A DNA stretch of 37,603 nt from the NCBI RefSeq assembly GCF_000315625.1, contig NW_005434633.1, forward strand, positions 90,616-128,218. Direction: 5' to 3'. A program made the position numbers and the translations under genes. The DNA comes from Guillardia theta CCMP2712. Lineage: Eukaryota; Protista; Cryptophyta. Positions 22,119 through 32,552 of the stretch are shown piece by piece. The notes below the pieces were generated by a model. That model searched no databases. It was not told the DNA's origin and saw only the letters and a program-made list of their open reading frames with translations. Numbering within the stretch: position 1 is the stretch's first letter; each line of letters opens with the position of its first letter.

Positions 22119-23400
22119 ACAACAACAACAACACCAAACTTCTCCTCCTCCTCCCTCGCCTCCTCCCCTCCTCTTTCCCTTCCTTCTTTCGTGAGCTCGC
22201 AAATGGCAGGAGCGGAGAACTATGCAGACGGCATTCTCCTCCCCGAGGAAAACCTGGAGAGGTTTGTATTTGTGGGTGGAGTCTTGAAGCCCAAAGAAAT
22301 TCCGCCATGTCGCATGAGAGGTGAAACGAGAAGTTTCTTCACCCTATCCTCTCCTTTCTCTCCCCTCCTTTCTCCCCCTCCTCTCTCCTCCCTCCTCTCT
22401 CCTCCTTCCTCTCCCTCCCCTCCCCTCCTTTCTCCTCTCCCTCCTCTCCCTCCTCCTCTCCTCTCCTCTCCTCTCCTCTCCTCTCCCCCTCCTCTCCCCT
22501 CCTTTCTTCTCTCCTCTCCTCTCCCCTCTCCCCTCTCCCCTGTCCCCTCCTCTTCCTCTGTCCTCCCTCCCTCATTTCTCTGCTATCTTGTATGTATTTA
22601 CGTCATCATCACTCTGAAGGAATCAAGGATGACATGCGGCCGGTTGACATTCATGGAGTACCTCAGTACCAGGATGGAGATTGCACGTTGAACAGCTCGG
22701 TGATGTAGCAAGCACGTTGAAATCATGACAAGTTTTCATCCTTCCTCCCCTCCCTCCCTCTCCTCCCTCTCCTCCTTCTCCTCCCTCCCTCCCTCCTTCT
22801 CATCGTTTTCTTCCAACAGGCTCCAGGGTCTTGCTGCGACCGCAAACACTGGTGGGCAGGAAGGCGAGACTGACTGCCGTCCCTCCATCTCCTCTGACAG
22901 TCACAGCAGGGAGTACGACAACTATCCCATCATTTTCCGATTATCCCTGAACTGCCCGACCCACTTCGAGCCATCGGGAAAGGTTTATCTCCTCCTCCTC
23001 CTCCTCCTCCTCNNNNNNNNNNNNNNNNNNNNNNNNNNNNNNNNNNNNNNNNNNNNNNNNNNNNNNNNNNNNNNNNNNNNNNNNNNNNNNNNNNNNNNNN
23101 NNNNNNNNNNNNNNNNNNNNNNNNNNNNNNNNNNNNNNNNNNNNNNNNNNNNNNNNNNNNNNNNNNNNNNNNNNNNNNNNNNNNNNNNNNNNNNNNNNNN
23201 NNNNNNNNNNNNNNNNNNNNNNNNNNNNNNNNNNNNNNNNNNNNNNNNNNNNNNNNNNNNNNNNNNNNNNNNNNNNNNNNNNNTCTTAGCAGGCTGTTGT
23301 CACCATCATATGGCACGAAGGCGAGTCGAACCCTCAGGTGTTCTTCTCTGACTCCCTTCCCTGCCTCCCATCTCCTCAGCTTGGACTCCTATCAGCTTTA
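19587..23400 (+). CDS. Hypothetical protein, multi-exon, interrupted by two assembly gaps; both ends uncertain
   Basis: At least 436 codons of non-repetitive open frame with coding-like composition (19587-20895); small GT/AG-bounded exons follow the gap (~21891-21953, 22210-22320, 22620-22699, 22820-22851, 22909-22982); no family recognised. Confidence 0.55.
20896..21859. other. Assembly gap (N run)
   Basis: Ns in sequence. Confidence 1.
22065..22135. repeat. (CAT)n(CAA)n intronic microsatellite
   Basis: Tandem runs visible. Confidence 0.95.
23013..23283. other. Assembly gap (N run) starting in a (CCT)n tract
   Basis: Ns in sequence. Confidence 1.
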
Positions 23401-24832
23401 CTCCTCCTTCCTCTCCTCCTCCTCCTCCTCCTCCTCCTCCTCCTCCTCCTCCTCCTCCTCCAGCACCTCCTCTTCCTTCCCCTCCCCTCTTATTCCTTCC
23501 ACTCCTCCTCCTCCTCCAGCGCCACCGCCTTGTCAGAGTCCCTGCTCAATTCTCTCCTCCTTCCTCTCTTTCCCCTGCCTGATCTTCCTGTTGTTGCCAC
23601 TACTGCCGCTCCTCCCATTTCTCCTCGTCTCCTCTCCTCCTCCTTTGCCTCCTCCTTCCTCCCTTCTCCCTCCGTTCTCATGCCCTTCATCAGCTCAACA
23701 CAACAGTCTATCACGTCGCGTCCAACATCGTCCAAACATTCTGGTAAGCCGCCCAATCTCCTCTCCTCCCCCTCCCTCCCCCTCCTCCTCTCCCTCTTTC
23801 CACCTTCTCTTCCTCTCAGCTTCTTCTGCTCTGCCCTCCCACTTCCCTTCTCTTCCTCCTCCTCTTGCTTTCACTGACTCTCTTCCTCACGATCAGGCCG
23901 GACGAGCCTGAATGTCCATGGTGGGGATGGGAATCGCAACTTAACGAGGTCAGGAAGAGGAAGAGAGAGGGGAAGGGAGAGAAAGCCGATGGATGTAGCG
24001 GATCAGGATGAAACACACGGAGGAGCGAGGAGTTAGAGCAAGAGGGGACAAGGAGAGCACGAGCAGGGGCGAGGAGGAGATGAGTAGCACCACCAGCAGC
24101 AGGAGAGGAAGGCGGGAGAGAGAGGGGGGAGTGAGAGAGGGCGAGGGAGAGCGAGAGCGAGAGGAAGAGCGAGAAGAGGGGGAGTGAGGGGGAGAGAGGG
24201 GGAGAGCGAGAGCGAGAGCGAGGGAGGGGGAGGGGGAAAGGAGGGGGAGGGGGAGGGGGGGAGGAAGAGCAAGAGCGTGAGCGAGGGAGAGGGAGAGGGA
24301 GAGGGAGAGGGAGAGGGAGAGGGAGAGGTAGTGTCGGTTCGTCTCACCATCCTCCAGGTCATTCTCAGGGAACTTCCTCCTGCTAAGTCCCGCAAGTGCC
24401 CGCGCAGGTGACGGCAGCTGGGGAGGATGCTAGTGCTGACGTGGCAGCAGGAGTTACCTCGATGGGTACGTGGGAGGTGTAGATGTGAACTACTGAGAGG
24501 AGCCGACGGTTGTAAATAGATGGAATCCTGCTCCTGCCTCCTGCCCCTGCTACTACCTCGTGTTCCTGCTCCTACCTCCTCCTACCTCCCGCTCCTCCTT
24601 CTCCTCCTCCCTCTCATATTCCTACTACGGCTGCTCCTGCATCTTCTGCTTCTCTTGACCCCTCTCCTCTCATTCTCCTCGTCCGCACGTCACCCGCCCG
24701 ATTACTCTCTCGCTTCTCTTTCCTCCCATTTCCTCTCCTCATCGCCGCTCCCCTTCCTCGCGCCTCAATTGCTCTGCTCAAAGGACAACCCTCCTCCTCT
24801 CCTGCAAACTGACACTGCGAACTCGGCTCTGT

Positions 24833-24878
24833 CATCAAACGCGTTTCAAAGTTTCCATCAAACGCGTTTCAAAGTTTC
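24833..24878. repeat. Perfect 23-bp tandem duplication CATCAAACGCGTTTCAAAGTTTC x2
   Basis: 24833-24855 identical to 24856-24878; each copy contains the palindrome AAACGCGTTT. Confidence 0.95.
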
Positions 24879-25064
24879 AATCCACACTATCTAGCAATAC
24901 ACGGGAAATTCAACTTCTATCCCCTCCGTCGCTTCCTTCCATCCCCCTCCTCCACTCAACCTCCCCGCCATCCCACCTCCTCCCCTTCTCCTCTCCTTCA
25001 GCTCAGGCCCAGATCCTGTCTGCGGCGTTATCGCATCCTGCCGGCCCACTCGCTCCGACTGGAA

Positions 25065-26388
25065 CTACTGGTATGGATTCTCTTCCCCTGCCAGCGACGA
25101 CCAAGATAGATCGCCTAGTGCAGCATGTGAGGCCGGGTAGGCGAAGCAGAAGGAGGAAGGAAGAGTAAGCCGGAAGCTTCGAAAGTCCACAAAGTGGACG
25201 AAGCAAGAAGAGTGGGGAGCAGGAGCAGGAGCAGGAGCAGGGGCAGGGGCAGGAGCAGGAAAGATAAAGAGGGTAGACGAGGAGGAGGAGGAGGCAGTAA
25301 GGCAACTCACCCGGACCGTAGGAACCGTACAAGGGCATCTGATATGGAGGGATTCCTGGTTGGGATTCGTAAACATCTCGCGCCCACATGGCGTTATAAG
25401 TATGTCCTGTGATGCAAGTCAGCCATGTCGTTCGGTCAAAGTGCGATCATCTCCATCTTCATCTCCATCATCAGCACAATCACCGCCATGTTCATCGTTA
25501 ACCACAAGAGTATCAAAGCACTTCATACACCAACGTCATTTCTCGACATTGCAAGAACAAAACTCCCCCCAAAATCTCATCCTGCCCACCACCAGCATCA
25601 CCTGACGGGTTGGGATACTCCGGGTAATAATCAAAGCTGTAGTCGTTGGGCGCAACATAAACAGCCTTGGGGTCACCGTACTGGTACACTCCAGTCTCAG
25701 GATGGAAGACAGGAGGGTTGGCTGGGCAGTTGATGCCCGTGTTCGACGACCAGCGCTGGTATAGCGCGACATTGCACGAGGGAGTACATCCGTTGCTCAC
25801 GAAGCACTTGCAGGTGGATATAGTTCGCAGCTCTGTCGCCCTAAACGGCGAGACCTGGTACATGTTGGAGGTCAGCGCCTCAGAGGACTTGATGCAGGCC
25901 ATGGCTGTGTCGTAGCAGATCTCCGCAGACTCTCCTCCTCCACACTCAAACTGAACTTGGTGAGGAAGCATCTCCGTGGTGCCATTGACAGCATAGCGCT
26001 CGCGATCCGACGTACAACCCCTCCAGCTCGAGCATTCAGTGTAGTTGGTGGCGTTGCCCGTTGCGGAATCTGCTGCCATCGCCTCCGTCGCAGCTGCCAA
26101 CTGCATACCGAGCGCAGCCTTCCATGCAGCTCGTGAAGCTCCCTTGGCCCTGACCCGCATCCCTCGTCCGAAGGCGCTGGCTGCTGCCATAGCCTGCCTG
26201 TGCCTGGCTGCTGAGCCAGAGCGCATCTGGCGCTGCCATGCTGAGGGAACCGACAGCATCACTGCTCTACCTCCTCCTCTTCTGACGGTCTGCGACGAAG
26301 CAAGGAAGATCACCATGATCAGGGCGGCCCCAAACCCAGCAGCCGCTGCCACCACCATCGCTGCCCCCCCCCGAGCACTCCTCGCCAT
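25065..26388 (-). CDS. Hypothetical type II membrane or secreted protein with a Cys-rich domain and Tyr/Pro-rich tail (3 exons)
   Basis: N-terminal hydrophobic segment (VVAAAAGFGAALIMVIFLA), 10 Cys, N-X-S/T sequons; exons ~26388-25602, 25408-25311, 25120-25065 (ends GDLSWSSLAGEENPYQ*). Confidence 0.7.
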
Positions 26389-28519
26389 CGTGACTGCCTC
26401 TTCGTGAAACAGTTACAGATCCGTTAAAACTTATGTTTCCGTTATGATCCGTTGTTTCGAGTTCCGAAACTTGTTACGGTGAGAGCGCGGGGATGAGGGC
26501 ACGTACCGGAGCGGGTGCGGAAAGTACCCCCACCCCCTATGTCATGACGAAAGGGAAGGAGATGTACGGGTGATGTATTAAAAATCGTTTTTGGGGTCGT
26601 AAAACAGTGTCCTGGTAGTTGTTTTTAAATTCTTAAAAATATTTATGGAATTGGTGAAAATGAGGGTCCTGAAAACGTTAAAACAAGCTAAAATAGGGTG
26701 GTAGGGTGGTAGTGATAAAATGCCCTTGTAGAACCGAACAGTAAATTACTTCAAACGTCCTGAAAATAGAGTGTATCATCAAAAATTTTATTTAAAGGGA
26801 CATACTATAATCTAAAAGTTATTTTTAGTATTTTAGGGTGCCCTACTCATAAAAGCTTCTACGAGATTTATCTTTCTTAAAAATATGTCTAATGAGTCTT
26901 TTGAACCATTATAATATATGTAATATAATATATATTTAAGTTTACAAGCTATTTTAATATCGCCGGTTGGGGCCAAAACCCACAAAAACAGCAAGAGCAC
27001 CCCTACCTCCAATCGAACAACCCCCCCGGGATTGGAACCCCCCTTCCTGAAACATACCCACTGATTTGAACAATTACTGCAGTCAGACCCTATCTTTCCC
27101 ATGTACAAGTAGGGGTACTTGTTCTGCATTGTGAAACTCTACCCCAACTTGTCATTAATTCCGTGACCCCCACCCACCCTTGCTCTTCCGTCCCCCGTTA
27201 CCTCTTCTCCTCCTCCCATGTCCCTTACACCCCCGTGATGATCCCACAAGGTACCCCCACCCTCGTCATATTCACCCTACCCCCTTGCGTAACACTCCAC
27301 TGAATGACTAATAGGACCCCCCTGTGACCCACCTTACTGCAAACTTGTCAACATATGACCACCCTCTCGGATCGAGTCTCCCATCCCCTCTACTACCCCT
27401 GTCAAATTGCCCAACCACTCAGTCGAGTACCCCCAACATTTCATTTCTACCCACAAAATTTCAGATGAAGTATCAGGTAACAACTGAAAATATTGAACAC
27501 CCCACCCACTCGTAGGCAATGGGCGACTACTTTAGACGCATCCATTACCCCTACCCCCATGATTCCCAGAGTCTTTTCATACGTTCCACCCCAACCCCCG
27601 TACCTCCAGGATTCCACTACCCCCACCCGTACCAAATGAACCACTACCCCCTTTTTGTCACCCACCCCTTAAGCCTGTCACCTCCCAACACTCATAATGA
27701 AGCTCTTTCAATGGCAGCAAATCACCGAACATGCCGCCGCCGCTCTATCTCAGCCGCATTCTATGCGAAATCCCCTGCATTCATCCTCACCATTCCTCGC
27801 TCCTAGTTTCTTCCTGCCTCCCATGCCGATGATCTTCCTGTTGCATCCTGCCTTGCCATGGCTGCACCAGATCACCAGCTCCGATCCTCCTGTCTCTACC
27901 ATTTCATTCTCGTCAAGATGCTGTTCCATACACTCTGTCTTGTTCTGGTGTTTGTTTTGCATGTACCTGTTCAGAAAGGAGCGCCAATCATTGCCCCCTG
28001 ATGCCGAATTTTCCTCACACATGCACGTGCAAGAATCGATGACGTTGCTGGATCCAGACGTATCGATCGCTTGATCTGGTTGCGTTCCCTCCATCTGTAC
28101 TGTTTGGCTTCCCCTCTCTTCATCTCGGATCTCATTCTACATCTCCCGCACCCCTGAATTTGCTGTCAGAACATGTGTATCTGTCCTGAGCTCTCATTTT
28201 CCCATGCGCCCGCTGCGGTATACCGTGCATTCTTGTAGGATGTTTCATGCTCAACTCCGCTGCTCCTGATTGACGAGGTTTCCTTATCTGAATTTGCCCC
28301 CTCTTCCTCAGGTTTCTCGCGTGTCCTGGCACAAATTCCAAGGAGGGGTTTCCCCGCAAAGCAATCCCTAGGTATCAAGTACTTCTGCAGACAGTGATGA
28401 AAGCTCTTTCTTGTACCTTCAAGACCAGGAGCATCGTCCTGGTTTGTAATTGCTACATCCTCTTGTCCTCTGTGAGCCTGCTGGTTGGGGCAAGCTGCAC
28501 ATCCGATGCAAGCTGCGGC

Positions 28520-30439
28520 ATGGCGGGGGGGCTCGGGCTGGGGAAGCGATGGAACGGCATCCTAAAGGCGCTGGAGAATTCCTTCAAGGCCCACAAGGAG
28601 AACCTGAGCAGCGTCAAGAAAGACTTCGAGGAGTACTGCAGTGCTCTAGAGAACATCAAGGGAGCGAGCGTGATCGAGTCGCTGCCGCGATCGCCGCCGG
28701 TGGAGATCAGCTCCAAGTTTGCTGAGTTGCGGAACCATCACGTCAAAGGGATCCTGGACGAGCTGGACAGGAATGGGGAGGACAACAGCATCTCCTCAGT
28801 CACCCCGGGGCCCGACGGATCCCCGAGTCCCCCGGACTTGGTGAACGCCAAGGTCTCGAGACTGACGCAGGTGTCACGCGCTGATCCGCCAAGGTTGACG
28901 AAGTACACGAGGAGGACGTCGATGGAGGACATTGTCGTTCCTGATGTGCATTATGAGAAGCCGGTGGAGGAGATTGTTTGCTTTCTCGACATCGACAAGT
29001 GCTCGATCTACGGTGAGAGTGCCGTGCGTTGCGATGATGAGCTGGTGATGGTGATGGTGATGGTGATGGGAACATGATAATTGCGATGTTGATGATTGCG
29101 ATGTTGATGATTCCCCAGGGCAAGACGGAAATGACCTGGCAATTGCCATGCAGTGGATGCAGAAACCATTCCCTGTCCTTGTAGAGCTTTATCGGCGACT
29201 CCTCAACCCTCGTCTCAAGTCAGCACACATAGCTCATCTCCCCTCCTTATCCCCTCACACTCCTCCCTCCCCCCCCTTCCCCTGCCCTCTCTCCTATCTG
29301 CCCTGTTCTTCCTTTGTATCCCTCCTTCCCCGTCTCTCCTCCCTCCTCCCTCCTCCCTCCTTCCTCCTCCCTCCTCCCTCCTCCCTCCTCCCTCCCTCCC
29401 TCCTCTCTCCTCATCTGATTCTTGAACTCCCCTACAGGCAACTGTTTTCCCAACTTCGAATGACCGTAAAGAATCTCCCGGTCGTTCTCTACACCATGAG
29501 ACCTCAGCTGCTCCAGTATCGGTGACGACGCCCGAGCAAGTGCAGAGGAGAGGTGCTAACGTGCAGTGCTTGCGCAGCTCTGCTTGCAGAGAGGAGAGGT
29601 TCACGTTGAGATGGAAGACGGAGTGGCATCATTCGGTGGACCAGGTCGTTCCTGTCCTCGTTGTCCTCTCTTGTTGAAGTCCTGTCAGGTCCTCATTCCC
29701 ACCGACATCTCTGATCCTTCGGAGATCTTGGCTGAGTACAGCGGAAGGTGAGAGAGTGAGAATGGGGGAACGGGAGGGAGGGAGGGGGGGAGAGAGAGCG
29801 GGGGAGGGAGGGGGAGGATGAGGGTTGGAGGAAAAGAGAAACGTGGGGGAGGGAGGGGAGGAGGGGGAGAGGGGGGGCGGGGAGTTTCCTCCTGACTCGT
29901 CAGAGCTGCCTGACGTCTCCTCATCACAGTGTCTCCTTGTGGGATCCTGAGAAGCAGGACCTGTACATGTCGTTCCAGCGTTTGCTTGGTGACTTACAGC
30001 CTTGTCCTCTGCACTTCTTCCTCCTCTACCTCTCTACCACTTGCCGCATCCCTTCCCTTCCCTTCCATTCCCTTCCCTTCCCTATCCTCCATCTGTCCGT
30101 TCTTCTCCCTACTCTCTGTCTTTCCTGTTTTCGCTGCATTTTCGCGATGTTGATCGGAATGTTCAGCCATCCGTCAAGTCATCCAAGAAGAGCTGGAACT
30201 GGAGAGCGTTCCTGAGTTGGTAGGACGATCATGATGATGGAATGATGATGACGGAGGAGGAGGAGAAAGTTATGATGATGCTGTTGATGATGAAGAACAA
30301 GCAGAATTGAGAGACGAAGAAGATGCTGATGATGGTATGATGCAGGTGGTCACCTCGGTGATGAAGGATGTACAAGGAACAGCGGTAAGACCATGAAGGG
30401 GAAGCAGAAGAGTAGGAGGCAGGAAGGAAGGAGGACGAG

Positions 30440-30477
<38 letters not shown>

Positions 30478-31095
30478 GGAGGAGGAGCCTCTGACGGATT
30501 GTGCAGATCAAACTTGGGCATCGACCAGAGAAATGCTATTTGTGGGATGACAACCAAGTGCTGGAGGGACAACCACACGGTGATGATGAATGTGGTGGTG
30601 GTGGTGGTGGTGATGATGATTACATGTTGTTTGTTGTTAATTGGTTTCTTGTCCTCCTGCTCGTCCTCCAACACCACCTCATTGTTATCTCCCCTCTCAC
30701 TCTCCTCCTCCTCGGCCTACTTTTCCTTCTGACATCTGCTTGCTAGTTCTCACCGTCGAGCCTTTCGTCGCAATGGATCCCCATGGGAAGAATTCCCTGC
30801 TGCAATTCCTTCGAGACGAGGTCATTCATCTTCACACTCCCTCCTCCTCGCCCTCCACCACCTCCTCCTCCTCCTCCTCCTCCTCCTCCACCACCACCAC
30901 CACCACCACCACCTCCTCCTCCTCCTCCTCCTCCTCCTCCTCTCCTTTCTCTTCCTTTTCTTCTCACTTTCCGTCTCTGCAGCTTCCCGAGCACGAGCTG
31001 ACTGAAGAAGTCGCTGAGTTCATGATTGGCGCCAAGCCGGAAATGCGATCGTTGGTCGAGAGCGAAAACTGCAACGGTGAGGAAGATGAACATTC

Positions 31096-31139
<44 letters not shown>

Positions 31140-31956
31140 ATTATGTTCAATGTCACGATGTTGATTGGTTTCCTGATGATGGAAATGAGAACGGGAAAGA
31201 GAAGTTTGAAGAGGTTGAGAATGCGGATGTTGATTGTGGTATTCAGTGTTCATTTTCTTGTGCTCCCATGGACTCTCTTCCTTCATTTCCATTTCCTCCC
31301 CTTCTCATTCTTTCTCCTCCAGGTTTTCAATACCTCGTGCACGAATGTAATGAGATCAATCGATTTCCCATCCCCGACCTGCCGGTCTACTACACTCGAC
31401 CAAGATACACAGGTAGAGGAGGTGATAGGAGGAGCCAATCTAGAGTAACGTTGCTTCCTTCCTCCTCGTCCTCTCTCCCTCCTGCTCCTCCTCCTTCCTC
31501 GTCTTCTCTCCCTCCTCCTCCTCTCCTGCGACTTGTCGCCTCCCTCTACAGAGATGCAAACCTTCCGAGAGGCGATGAGAGAGAAAGACGCGAACAAGGA
31601 GGGAGGATACAACAGGTTGGTGAAAGAGAATTTATCGCTTGCTCCTCCTCCTCCTCCTCCTCCTCCTCCTCCTCCTCCTCCTCCTCCTCCTCGTCCTCCT
31701 CCTCCTCCTCCCGTATCTTCGACTTGTCTTTAATTTCTCACTCAGCGCCATCATCGAGTTCTGGACACCACGAGGAGTTTTAGAACGAGACGAGCAGGTG
31801 AGAGGGGAAGCAGCAGGGGAAGGAGAGGAGTGAGGGGACAACGAGGAGGACGGGGAGGAGGATGAGGGGAGGGAGGTGAACGGTTGTATCTTGCTAACGC
31901 TTCAGCAGTTGGAGGCTCTCCATCAATGGCAGGAGAAAGTTGAGATGATATGGTGA
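28520..31956 (+). CDS. HAD-superfamily, FCP1/SCP/NIF-like phosphatase-domain protein (about 15 small exons)
   Basis: Spliced reading gives HAD motifs in order: IVCFLDIDKC (motif I), LLNPRLK|QLFSQL, VVLYT (II), KDV (III), CYLWDD (IV), VLTVEPF; N-terminal coiled-coil-like exon 28520-29012; stop 31954-31956. Confidence 0.65.
31096..31140. repeat. (GAT)n intronic microsatellite
   Basis: Tandem run visible. Confidence 0.95.
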
Positions 31957-32305
31957 AGGCCGTTGGTTCTGTCTTGTAGACTAGTGTACATACGTGTGAG
32001 ATAATCGACATGCTTTGTTGTGTTAAAACGAACTTGTTTGCGTCCTGTTGCGGCTTTGACATGAAAGGGAGGGAGAGGGGAGGGGAAAGAGTCAACTTGT
32101 GAGTTGATCAGGACGACGGGAGCGAGGATGGGGAAATGAAGAAATGAGAGGAATGGGCGTTGGTTGGTAAGGATGGGGGTATTGGGTAGTGGGGACACAG
32201 TAGGCTGACAGAGCAGGTGCAGGTGCAGGAGAAAAGGAGCAGGAGCAGGGGCAGGGAAAATCTTCACACGTAATCTTTCTTATACAAGGAGCTTCAGCTA
32301 ACGTC

Positions 32306-32502
32306 TCAATCCAAGTAGACGGTCCAGCCGTAGGGGTCAGGCACTTTGCCGGTCTGGTGAGAAAGTCAGAGGGGATAAAGAGGGAGGGGAGGAAAAAAGA
32401 TAAACAAATGAAGCAGCGCAAGAAAACAAAAGGGCAAGCAGGAGCAGCAGCAACGACAATCACAGCAGCAGCAGAAGCAGGAATGAGGAGCAGCAGAACC
32501 AA

Positions 32503-32552
<50 letters not shown>

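Noticed and set aside
23900-24530. Possible minus-strand micro-exons between SSR tracts
   Set aside because: Splice-like sites are present but no coherent ORF, start or homology could be supported
27697-28378. Short ORFs on both strands (e.g. 27750-28094)
   Set aside because: No recognisable domain and conflicting frames; may be UTR or decayed sequence
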